DNA from: Phycisphaerae bacterium
GTDB taxonomy: Bacteria > Planctomycetota > Phycisphaerae > UBA1845 > Fen-1342
Assembly: GCA_963675745.2 (NCBI GenBank)
Contig: CAXXWX010000026.1
Span: forward strand, 256,001 to 320,000
DNA: 64,000 nt
Reading direction: 5' to 3'
Shown piece by piece: positions 10,093-18,924 of this stretch. The position numbers and the translations under genes are program-made. Position 1 is the stretch's first letter, and every line of letters starts with the position of its first letter. Below the pieces are notes generated by a model that was not told the DNA's origin, searched no databases, and worked only from the letters and a program-made list of their open reading frames with translations.

Positions 10093-10511
10093 TCATCGTA
10101 GTAGATTCGCACGCCGGCGCGTCCACTACGGTAGCGTGGCGTTGTGTAGACCCGATCGCGGTGGCGTACATAACCGCTGCTGCGATAGTGCGGGGTGCTG
10201 TAGGCGTGGGCGCGCGTGTAGGTGCTGTACGAGCGGGGGCCGTAATGCACGTAGGCTGGGCGGTAGCGGCTTCGCTCATACACGACCACGGGGGCCGAGC
10301 GATAGACGCGCGTGGGGCCATAGTAATACGATGAGCCGTAGTAAACCGGCCGCGATCTGTAAGTGTGCACGCGATAGGCCGGTCGGCTGTAGCAACGGCC
10401 GCCGTTGCTGTAGCCCAGACTGATGTGGAAGTCACTCGCGCCGGCCGGGGCGGCCATCAATGCGGCGAACGCGGCCGCCGCGGTCCCGAAAACAAGCTTA
10501 CGAACCGACAT
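10089..10511 (-). CDS. Small exported Tyr/Arg/Ser-rich low-complexity protein
   Basis: Signal peptide (AxA) followed by a Y/R-rich mature region. Confidence 0.75.
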   Translation of the reverse strand: MSVRKLVFGTAAAAFAALMAAPAGASDFHISLGYSNGGRCYSRPAYRVHTYRSRPVYYGSSYYYGPTRVYRSAPVVVYERSRYRPAYVHYGPRSYSTYTRAHAYSTPHYRSSGYVRHRDRVYTTPRYRSGRAGVRIYYDD

Positions 10512-10905
10512 GTTGATCTCCTGGTTCAGAGCACATCAGATGTCGCGCTCTCAGAGTCATGATATCACACCGGCGGGCCGCAGATCCGCATCGTCGCGGC
10601 GGCCGGCCCGCGCTCCTCGATGGCGGTTTAGACACATGGCGGCGCGCGTGGTTAGGAAAACTGCCGATGGTCTGGTAGGGGAATGCGACGGTGGGCGTGC
10701 CGGATGCGCGCGACAGGCAGGCTGCGCCAGTCGGCCAGCCTGACCCCCGTTGGACGTAACTGCCTTTTTGGACGATGGTTATGTCGCATCACCGCTCTCC
10801 CGATGCCAACGCTGGGTCGTGATTCGGGCCGCGGGATGGCTATTGTGGCCGATGGCGCCAAACCCTACGATGGAGTGCCAACCCCGTTGTCAGGAGGACT
10901 GTGCC

Positions 10906-11751
10906 GTGAAGACGATTTTCAGATTCGAGCGCGCTCTGGCGCTGTGCGTTTGGGCCGGCTGGGTAGCCATCGCGACGGCCCAGTCGGTGAGCTATCTGAC
11001 GCCCGGCCACTACACCGCCCGCGTCGGCGATACGCTGCCCGTGCGCATAACTCAAGGTGCCGCGGCGCGGGCCACGCCGGTCGCCTGGCCGGCGGCTGAT
11101 CTCAAGTGGTTCATGATCCGTGGCGGAGACACGCAGCAGAATCACCATGCGGTCAACCCGTCGCCGAGTGACCCACAGGTAGTCAATGTGCCGCTCCAAC
11201 ATGCGGGCGTCACGCTGATCGCACTGGATGCCGACCGTGTGGAGACCGCGGTTGATTCCAACGCGCTGCAACAGTTCATCGCGGACCACATCGCCCCCGC
11301 GCAGATCCCCGCCGAGTTCAAACACGTAACGGCGTCCGATCTGCCGCGTATCCGCCGGGTGGTGTCGAGCAAGACGCTGGTGCGCGTGAGCTCAGCCGAC
11401 GGTGAGTCTGGCCCGCCATCCGAAATGGCCATCGCCAAGACCGGACAGCGCGCCGAAATCCGGCTGATGATCGATCCCACGTATACGAAGGTCGGCAGCG
11501 ATATCCCGATCAAGGCGTATATCGACGCCGGCGGCGCTGGCAAGGTTCAGTTCCAGGCCACGCACGTACCGACCGGAAAGACCCAGACATTCATCGCCAA
11601 CCAGGGCGGTGCCGGCTACTTTCGAATGTCCGACGCCGGGGAATGGCGTGTGGAGTTTCATGACATCCGGCCTGCCCGCAAAGACCCCGACGCGGACTGG
11701 CTGCTGTCCAGCGCGACGCTGACGTTCGAAGCACAGGAGGCGAAGAAGTGA
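10906..11751 (+). CDS. Exported protein, DUF4198-like
   Basis: AGGAGG RBS before GTG 10906; signal peptide; SKTLV, GQRAEI and DAGEWRV..H..ADW..ATLTF pattern. Confidence 0.65.
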   Translation: MKTIFRFERALALCVWAGWVAIATAQSVSYLTPGHYTARVGDTLPVRITQGAAARATPVAWPAADLKWFMIRGGDTQQNHHAVNPSPSDPQVVNVPLQHAGVTLIALDADRVETAVDSNALQQFIADHIAPAQIPAEFKHVTASDLPRIRRVVSSKTLVRVSSADGESGPPSEMAIAKTGQRAEIRLMIDPTYTKVGSDIPIKAYIDAGGAGKVQFQATHVPTGKTQTFIANQGGAGYFRMSDAGEWRVEFHDIRPARKDPDADWLLSSATLTFEAQEAKK

Positions 11752-14057
11752 AGAGCTTGACGATTCGCCAGACGATGATGCGGGCGCGGTCCGCGGCGCT
11801 GCTGGCAGTGGTTGGTATTGGCATCTCGGCCGCAACCGCCACCGGGGGCGGCTGGACCGAGTTGGGACCGGCCCCAATCACCGCCGGCTTCACCGGGCGC
11901 GTGTCCGCGATTGTGTGCAGCCCCACTGACCCGGATACGTTCTATGTCGCCGGCGCCGACAGCGGCGTCTGGCGTACGACGACCGGCGGGGCGGCATACC
12001 AGTGGCAGGCGCTGACCGGTGACATGCCGACCACCGCGATCGGCGCGCTGGCGCTCGACCCGACAAACGAGAGCATCATCTACGCCGGCACCGGTGAGTC
12101 CAACTACGCCAATCACAGCCGTTACGGGCTGGGGCTGTACAAATCGACGGACGGCGGCGCAAGCTGGCTGCAACTCGCGGAGAGCACGTTCGCCGGCCGC
12201 TGCTTCTCGCGTATCCTGGTTGACCCGTCGAACACGCAGACCGTCTACGCCGCTATCACGCGCGCCGGCGGCTTCCCGGAAATGGCCGCCGCCAAAGGCC
12301 ATCCGCAGGCGGCCGGGCCGGTGGGCGTCTTTCGTTCAGATGACGGCGGCGTCACCTGGACACATTTGACCAACGGCCTGCCGGCGCTTTCCGCCACCGA
12401 CCTGACCATGGACCCGGTGGACCCCCAGGTGCTTTACGCCGGCATCGGACGCATTTTCGGCGACGCAAGCAATGGCATCTACGTGACGACTGACGGCGGC
12501 GCGTCGTGGACCAAGCTGGGCGGCGGGTTGCCGACGACCAATGTCGGACGCGTCAGTGTGTACGTTGCGCCCAGCATGCGCCAGCGCCTTTACGCCCTGA
12601 TCACAGAGGCCTGCGATGCGGCCGGCGGCGACGCCGAGATGGAAGGTGCCTATCGCAGCGACGACAGCGGGGCCACGTGGGTTTCGCTCCCGCTGACCAA
12701 CCCCCAGGCAACCTACGGATGGTACCTGTCTACCATCACCGTCCAGCCCACGAACCCGGACGTCGTGTTCATGGGCGGTGTGAGCCTCTGGCGTTCGACC
12801 AACGCGGGGCAGAACTGGGGCACCGTCACACCTCAGCACGTCGATATACACGCCACCGTGTGGAACGCGGATGAAAATCTCGTGTGCGGCAATGATGGCG
12901 GCGTACATGTCTCCGACGATCTCGGCTCGTCGTGGACGGGCGTTAACACCGGCCTGGGGACTATCCAGTTCTACGCCGGCTTGTCCATAGATCCGCTCTA
13001 CTCCAATCGCATCCTCGGCGGAACGCAGGATAACGGCACCAACATGAACCACGCCGTGTGGCAGTGGAATCACTTCCTCGGTGGAGATGGCGGCTGGACA
13101 CAAATCGACCAGGCCGAACCCAGACGTCTGTTCGGCGAGCTCCAGGGCACGGGGCAACTCTATCGCTCAACCGACTGGGGCGAAACGATGGTTGGTTCGG
13201 CAAACGGGATCGTGGGCGCCGATCGCAATTGCTTCCTGCCGCCCTACCTGATCGACCCGACCGACTCAAACAAGATGATCTACGCGACCCATCGCCTATA
13301 CCGGAGCAGTGACGGCGGATCGTCGTGGACGCCGGTGAGCGGAGACTTGACCACCGGCTCGGGCGCGATCCGGGCGCTGGCGATGGCCCCCTCAAACCCG
13401 GACGTGATTTACGCGGCAACCAACGACGGCAACATCCAGCGATCGGATGATGGCGGCCAGACGTTCACGTTGATTGACAGCGGCGTGACGGGTTGGCCGC
13501 GTGTCACGCGCGAGCTGTTTGTCGATCCAACCGATCCCAACACCGTGTACCACGCCATCGCCACTTTCGGGCAAACGCAAATCCGCCGCACATACGACGG
13601 CGGCCAGAGCTGGGAGGCGCTGGATGCCAGCTTCCCCGACGTACCGGTCAATGTCGTGATTGCGGATGTGCGCGGCGTGCGTCCGGTGATTTACGCCGGG
13701 GCCGACAACGGCATTTACTGGTCGCTCGACGAGGGCGGCACGTGGACGCGGTTTGGCACGGGGCTGCCAAACGCGCCGGCTATCGATCTCGTCTTCGATT
13801 TCCCCCGCAATCGGATGATCGCCGCCACACAAGGCCGTGGCGCCTGGCTGATCACCATCGGCACCATCGGCGACATGAACTGTGACGGAACGGTCAACAA
13901 CGGCGACATCGACGCCTTTGTGATGGCGCTGACCGACGAAGCAGCCTACGCCGGTTCGTACCCGAATTGTCACCTGGAGTTGGCGGACTGCAACGGCGAC
14001 GGGTGGGTAACAAACGGCGATATCGACCCGTTTGTGGATTTGCTGGCCGAACGCTAG
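11748..14057 (+). CDS. Secreted BNR/Asp-box double beta-propeller (VPS10/GH74-like) with C-terminal dockerin-like domain
   Basis: Many S-x-D-G-G-x-x-W repeats, GGTQDNG and GGDG; tail GDMNCDG..NGDIDAFV..ADCNGDG..NGDIDPFV. Confidence 0.88.
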   Translation: MKSLTIRQTMMRARSAALLAVVGIGISAATATGGGWTELGPAPITAGFTGRVSAIVCSPTDPDTFYVAGADSGVWRTTTGGAAYQWQALTGDMPTTAIGALALDPTNESIIYAGTGESNYANHSRYGLGLYKSTDGGASWLQLAESTFAGRCFSRILVDPSNTQTVYAAITRAGGFPEMAAAKGHPQAAGPVGVFRSDDGGVTWTHLTNGLPALSATDLTMDPVDPQVLYAGIGRIFGDASNGIYVTTDGGASWTKLGGGLPTTNVGRVSVYVAPSMRQRLYALITEACDAAGGDAEMEGAYRSDDSGATWVSLPLTNPQATYGWYLSTITVQPTNPDVVFMGGVSLWRSTNAGQNWGTVTPQHVDIHATVWNADENLVCGNDGGVHVSDDLGSSWTGVNTGLGTIQFYAGLSIDPLYSNRILGGTQDNGTNMNHAVWQWNHFLGGDGGWTQIDQAEPRRLFGELQGTGQLYRSTDWGETMVGSANGIVGADRNCFLPPYLIDPTDSNKMIYATHRLYRSSDGGSSWTPVSGDLTTGSGAIRALAMAPSNPDVIYAATNDGNIQRSDDGGQTFTLIDSGVTGWPRVTRELFVDPTDPNTVYHAIATFGQTQIRRTYDGGQSWEALDASFPDVPVNVVIADVRGVRPVIYAGADNGIYWSLDEGGTWTRFGTGLPNAPAIDLVFDFPRNRMIAATQGRGAWLITIGTIGDMNCDGTVNNGDIDAFVMALTDEAAYAGSYPNCHLELADCNGDGWVTNGDIDPFVDLLAER

Positions 14058-14078
14058 GGCGAAACACCGGCATCCGTC

Positions 14079-14151
14079 CCCCACGGCAAGCCGTGGGGCA
14101 CCCTGCACGAGATAGAGGCCCGGCACCTGTGTCAAACCGGTGCCGGGCCTC
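14079..14151. terminator. Two hairpins between convergent genes (REP-like / possible bidirectional terminator)
   Basis: CCCCACGGCAAGCCGTGGGG and GAGGCCCGGCACC...GGTGCCGGGCCTC. Confidence 0.55.
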
Positions 14152-14162
14152 GGTTGTCGTGC

Positions 14163-16514
14163 TTACTTGCTGAGCAACGCCACAAAAGCGTCGATATCCG
14201 CGTTGTTCAGCAGGCTATCCTGATTGCAGTCGGCCAGGTTGATGTCGCAGCCGGGATAGGTGACGCCGTACACACCCGGATCGGTGATCGCGAGCAGGAA
14301 CGCGTCGATGTCGCCGTTGTTCAGGAGTCCGTCGCAATTAATGTCGCCCAGAGCATACCCGCTCTGCGCCTGCACACCCCAGATCTCCACGTCGTCGATG
14401 TTCCAACCACAATAGCGCCACGATCCGTCGGTGGTGCCCATGGTCCAGCGGATGTACAGGTTCGGCGCGCCGTCGGCCTGTGCGGAGATGTCATACTCCA
14501 CGAGCTGCCAGGTCGAGTCCTCGACGTAATCGCTGTTCTCCCACACGGTCGTGAAGGTGGTGCCATTGGTGCTCACGGCCAGATAGGCGTGATCGTACGC
14601 AGGCCTTTCCACGCCCAGGTAGCGACGGAATCGCAGCGTGACTTGGCTCAGATCCGTGCAGTCGATCGCGGTGGTCGTCAGATGCTCCTGCCCGAGATTG
14701 TTGGCGTAGTCACCGGCGAGGTTGTAGCCGTAGACGTAAAGCCCGGTATAGCCGCTGGTCGGGTCGCTGGAGCCATACTCGCCGCCATCGCCTGTCGGCT
14801 GGCCGAACGCCCATTGTCCCTGCGTGGTCCAGCTCGGGTCGGTGTCCATCGGGAAGCTGTAGATCAGCGTCGGTGTGCCGACAGTCAGGCTGACGTCGCG
14901 CGTCGTGTCACCGTCCCCGTCCGCCAGATTCTGGAACATCAGCGTGTCTGAGTAATCGCCGTTGGGCAGACCATCGGCGGTGGCATTGATGGATGCCGTC
15001 ACCAACTGCGAGGCGCCGCCCCCGAGATAACCGGTTGCGTTTGTCAGCGTCAGCCAGCCGGCGGTCTTGCTGACGCTGTAGTTGAAGCCGGTCGTACCGA
15101 GGTTTTCGACCGTGTACACGATGCTGGCGGGCGCGAACGGGCCGCCGTTGGGGCCTTCGGACGCGAATCCCGTGCTGGGCGTGACCTTCATACCGGTCAG
15201 CGGCGTCCCCCCATACGCATCCAGCGCCGTCTGTCCGGTACTGAGCGGGTCAAGCCAGTCACTGAGCCGGGTTGACGAAGTCCCGCCGCCGCTCCACGAG
15301 CGTGAGAACCTTCCGTACCAGTCGGATGAGTCGTTGCCGCAAGCCGCGTAGCCGCCGTGCAACTGCCCGACCACGCGCTGATTCTGGTCGAACAGCGGCG
15401 AGCCGGACGAGCCGGGCTCGGTCGTACCCAGATCCCAGTCGATCACGCGGATGTGCGTGCCATCGCCGGGCGTGCTGGTGCCCAGATAGCTGGTTGTCGT
15501 ACAGGCGTCATACTCGAAGCTGATCGATTTCTCGTCAGTGCTCGGATGGTGGATCGCGACGGCGCTGGTCGGGTTCGAAGTGCTGCGGTCCCAGCCGGCG
15601 TAGACGACGTCAAACGCCTCGTCGGGCAATTCATCGAGTTCGACAAGCGTGAAGTCCGAAGTGCTGTAGGTCGCGCGGAAGTATGAGCCAGTCTGGTTCT
15701 GCGCGAGTGACCCACCACCCTGCTGACCGCAGGTCGGGCTCTCGAAGTTCCAATAGACAACCAGCGAGGCGGCGTTGCCCGAGTTGATGCCGCAGTGATT
15801 GGCGGTCATGAAGTACGGCGTGCCGTCCTGGGCCGTGTTGTTGACCATGAAGCCGGTGCAGAACGTTGAGCCACCGGTGGAAATCACGCCGACGGACTTG
15901 ATCTGATCGCGCCAGCCATCGCCCTCGGGGCAGACGACGTCAATGTTGCACGAACCGGATTTGTCGGCGAGGATTTCACCAAAATAGCGGTAACCGACGT
16001 TGATGGCGGTCAACTCCAGTTCGAGCTGATCCACCAGATCGCGCGCCAGCGTAACCTCAACGACGATGTCATCCGACAAGACGACCGGCGTCCAGAGCTC
16101 TCCGTGTGCCTCGTTGTCGGCATCGCTGAACGTCTGAAGGCGGTAGCTGCCATCAGCGGCGTAGATGAACAGCTTGCCGCCCGGCGGCATCATGTAGCGC
16201 GTGAAGCCCAGGTTGAGTGACAGCGCGCCGGGGGATGTTATATGCAAACGCCACAGGCGCGTGTTCTCGTCGAGATCCTCCCAGGTCCCGTCGAGCGCCG
16301 GCACGAGCAGCGTCTCGTGCGGCACGGCAAAGCGCGGCGGTAGTCCCTCGCTCTCACGCAGGTCGTCTTCGGCACGCACGTCTTCGAGGATGAGTGCGGG
16401 AAGGTTAACGCTGCTGACCGCTTCGAGCGGCTGGCGCGCCGCAGCCGATGACACGGTGAGCGTGAGTAGAAACAGACAGATGATGGCACAGGTACAACGA
16501 CGGTTTCCGAGCAT
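14163..16514 (-). CDS. Secreted lysyl-endopeptidase-like S1 serine protease with accessory beta-sandwich domains and dockerin-like tail
   Basis: Pro-domain LWTPV; catalytic TANHC, SDFTL and GSSGSPLF; GQLHGG; tail GDINCDG..NGDIDAF..ADCNQD..NADIDAFV. Confidence 0.9.
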   Translation of the reverse strand: MLGNRRCTCAIICLFLLTLTVSSAAARQPLEAVSSVNLPALILEDVRAEDDLRESEGLPPRFAVPHETLLVPALDGTWEDLDENTRLWRLHITSPGALSLNLGFTRYMMPPGGKLFIYAADGSYRLQTFSDADNEAHGELWTPVVLSDDIVVEVTLARDLVDQLELELTAINVGYRYFGEILADKSGSCNIDVVCPEGDGWRDQIKSVGVISTGGSTFCTGFMVNNTAQDGTPYFMTANHCGINSGNAASLVVYWNFESPTCGQQGGGSLAQNQTGSYFRATYSTSDFTLVELDELPDEAFDVVYAGWDRSTSNPTSAVAIHHPSTDEKSISFEYDACTTTSYLGTSTPGDGTHIRVIDWDLGTTEPGSSGSPLFDQNQRVVGQLHGGYAACGNDSSDWYGRFSRSWSGGGTSSTRLSDWLDPLSTGQTALDAYGGTPLTGMKVTPSTGFASEGPNGGPFAPASIVYTVENLGTTGFNYSVSKTAGWLTLTNATGYLGGGASQLVTASINATADGLPNGDYSDTLMFQNLADGDGDTTRDVSLTVGTPTLIYSFPMDTDPSWTTQGQWAFGQPTGDGGEYGSSDPTSGYTGLYVYGYNLAGDYANNLGQEHLTTTAIDCTDLSQVTLRFRRYLGVERPAYDHAYLAVSTNGTTFTTVWENSDYVEDSTWQLVEYDISAQADGAPNLYIRWTMGTTDGSWRYCGWNIDDVEIWGVQAQSGYALGDINCDGLLNNGDIDAFLLAITDPGVYGVTYPGCDINLADCNQDSLLNNADIDAFVALLSK

Positions 16515-16692
16515 TTGGTTTGCCCTCCTTTAGTGCGTCCGTTAAGTGCCCAACGTTTGACCCGTTTGATCACAGATTGTCGGGGCCGTCTCGTGCAGAG
16601 ATACGGCGAATTGCGTCGACGACCACCGGCCGAACCTCCGCGCGGCATCCGCCGGCTACGAGATTAGCGCATAAAGACAGCGCGCGGCCACA

Positions 16693-16708
16693 AGCAATTG
16701 TATGGCCT
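16693..16708 (-). promoter_or_regulatory. Possible sigma54 -24/-12 promoter for the protease gene
   Basis: Minus strand AGGCCATACAATTGCT has GG-N10-GC with TTGC, about 180 nt upstream of the protease start; the -24 box is imperfect. Confidence 0.3.
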
Positions 16709-16799
16709 GCGACGCCGGAACCCAAAGCGAATCTTCAGATGCCAGTGTTGCCGGGCAATCCGCAGTCGCATGAGCACTCCGCGTGACGGACGCGCGCAC

Positions 16800-16835
16800 A
16801 AAAAACCCGATCCGCCGGCGGCGGGGCGGATCGGG
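16800..16835 (-). terminator. Rho-independent terminator of an unannotated minus-strand transcript
   Basis: CCCGATCCGCC-loop-GGCGGATCGGG followed by T6. Confidence 0.8.
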
Positions 16836-16960
16836 CACGTCAAGAGAGAAGGAGGAGGGTAGGTTCTCAGGGACGCCGGCGCGGCCGGCGCTAACCCGTT
16901 TCATCCTGCTTTGGTGGCCGGCGCACGGCCGGCGGCTCCGCTTCAACAATCGCCATGCGC
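16800..16960 (-). ncRNA. Candidate small RNA (5' end uncertain)
   Basis: No credible ORF; two GC hairpins, then CCCTCCTCCTTCTCTC, then a strong terminator. Confidence 0.4.
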
Positions 16961-17375
16961 GGGCGATAGGGGAATACCCCCAGTTCGCGACGGATTCGGC
17001 CCGTGCGCGTCGCAGGCCGTGGCAACTTGGCAGCAAGGCCGTTGCTGATCAGGATTCTGCTGACGCGGCGGATCATTGGTCTTACTCCCGGTTTGCTTCG
17101 CAACTACCAATCGCCGACTTCACTCGGCCGGCCTACCAACTGTTAGCGCGATTGACGGCGGATCTGACACAGATTCGCCAAATAGCATGACGGCGCGCTA
17201 AGGTATTTCCCCGATGCCGAGGATTCCCCCCTGGCAGCGCGCGATCGGCTTGCCGTGGACGATCAGTGCTCAGAGTGTTCGCGGTGGGCGATTCTACAAC
17301 AAAGCGGAGCATCGCCCGGTTGACGATGCCCCGCTGCCGTGCAGTTACTATTGAAAGGTGGTCCGCTAGTGGTCG

Positions 17376-17687
17376 TTAGCTTGTCGGCGTGACCTTTACC
17401 CACCTCGTGACGCTTTCGAGATCGCGGATCACATCCAGCGTGGCGCGGACGTTGTACTGCGTGCCCGCACTCAGATCCACGTTGGGACGCGAGCGCATCT
17501 GGTGATGCCACCAGCGACCGCCTCGGATCTTCTCCTGCCACGACGGGCGTTTGTCCTTCATCACGCGGTGAGATTTCGCCACGACCGGGTCCTTACGGCA
17601 GACCCGAAAGAGCGTTTTTTCCGCCGCCGCCTTGCGCGGTGTCGTCGTTATCTCGATGCGGACCATGCTGCCGGGTGTAATATCCAT
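17376..17687 (-). CDS. Small basic protein (103 aa), possible divergent uL30-fold protein with insertion
   Basis: GGAG RBS before ATG 17687. The C-terminus GTQYNVRATLDVIRDLESVTRWVKV has the same spacing as uL30 [25 protein letters not shown]. Confidence refers to the CDS; the uL30 call is tentative. Confidence 0.75.
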   Translation of the reverse strand: MDITPGSMVRIEITTTPRKAAAEKTLFRVCRKDPVVAKSHRVMKDKRPSWQEKIRGGRWWHHQMRSRPNVDLSAGTQYNVRATLDVIRDLESVTRWVKVTPTS

Positions 17688-17789
17688 CAGGGTACTCCCA
17701 CAATGACGAATTACAGAGCACCGCAGTATATCGACCCGCCCGCGCGCTGCCAAGGCCCCGCTCCGCAAATCTGCCCGGCGCCGGTGGCC

Positions 17790-18845
17790 TCAGCCGTAGC
17801 GTCGAACCGCTTCCAGGAAAGCGACGATGTTCTCGCGCGGGATGTCCGGCTCGTCAATATCGTAGGCCGGGCACAGCACCAGCCCCGCCCGCCCCAAGGT
17901 CTCAATGCGTAATCGGACCTCCCGGCGGATTGAGTCCGGCGTATCCAAGCTGAACGTGGTCTGGCGACCGATCGTGCCCCACAGCGCCAGATTCGGCCCA
18001 TGCTTTCTCCGCACCGCTTGAGCGTCCATGTGCTCGGGCTGCAACGGATTCAAGGCGTTCACGCCGATTTCGACCAAATCCTCGATGATCGGCGTAATCG
18101 TGCCGTCGCTATGGTAGACCACGCACAGGTCCGGTTTTACGGCGCGGGCGTCACGAATGATCCCGGCCATCCTCGGCTTGAAGAACCTGCGCCACAGGTC
18201 GGGACTGATGAACATCGTACCCGGGATGCCCACATCGTCATCCAGCGCCAGCAAGTCCACGCCGGCAGCCGCCAGCGCCACGGCGTTTCGCCGCGCCAGG
18301 CCCGCCAGCCTATCGAGCAGGAAATCAGCCCAATCGGGGCGTTTGACCAGGTCGAGCAGGAACGCCGACAGGCCGCGCAGACGCCACGCCGACTCGAACA
18401 GCTCGCCGCCCAGATGGGGAAGGTTGCCCCCCACAGCCAGGCCGCGGGCGTGCCAGGCTGCAACTTTCTCGCTCAAATCGTCAACACGATAGGGACGACT
18501 CGTGTCCGGAAAGGGATACGCGCGCAAGTCGTCCAGTGTGCGGGCGTGTGCCAGGGGGTTGCGATCGTCCAGCGACTCGGGGTGATAGTCACAGCGCTCG
18601 TACGTTAGGACCTGCCCCGGCGTGCCCAGGCGCGTGTCGAACGGCAGACGTTCAACCCGCTCCGCCAGCGCCCGCTCCTCTGGCGACATGGGCGTCCGGA
18701 TGAAGTGTATATCTACCAGCTCATCCCACTGCGCGCCCCGCGGCGCGGGGTGCGCAAGATCGACATGGTAGAAGCCCAGCGCACATGGAACACGGTCCGG
18801 CGTGCCGCCACGCAAAGCGGTCAGGAGTCGCTCACGCGAGTTCAT
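17790..18845 (-). CDS. Uroporphyrinogen decarboxylase / MtbA-CmuA superfamily protein
   Basis: Motifs MNSRER..ALRGGTPDRVP, DDVG, YHSDG and LNPLQPE. Confidence 0.88.
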   Translation of the reverse strand: MNSRERLLTALRGGTPDRVPCALGFYHVDLAHPAPRGAQWDELVDIHFIRTPMSPEERALAERVERLPFDTRLGTPGQVLTYERCDYHPESLDDRNPLAHARTLDDLRAYPFPDTSRPYRVDDLSEKVAAWHARGLAVGGNLPHLGGELFESAWRLRGLSAFLLDLVKRPDWADFLLDRLAGLARRNAVALAAAGVDLLALDDDVGIPGTMFISPDLWRRFFKPRMAGIIRDARAVKPDLCVVYHSDGTITPIIEDLVEIGVNALNPLQPEHMDAQAVRRKHGPNLALWGTIGRQTTFSLDTPDSIRREVRLRIETLGRAGLVLCPAYDIDEPDIPRENIVAFLEAVRRYG

Positions 18846-18924
18846 CAGGCTCCTCGCCGGCCGACTGTCTGGTGCGGGAGGTTGCGGATGGGCAACCTCC
18901 TCCGGCGGGTTCTGCGCCCCGCCG

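Noticed and set aside
16690..16780. c-di-GMP or other riboswitch upstream of the protease
   Set aside because: Could not match consensus elements of known riboswitch classes by eye.
17790..18845. hemE call
   Set aside because: Lacks the HemE W.MRQAGR motif; belongs to the broader URO-D-like family.
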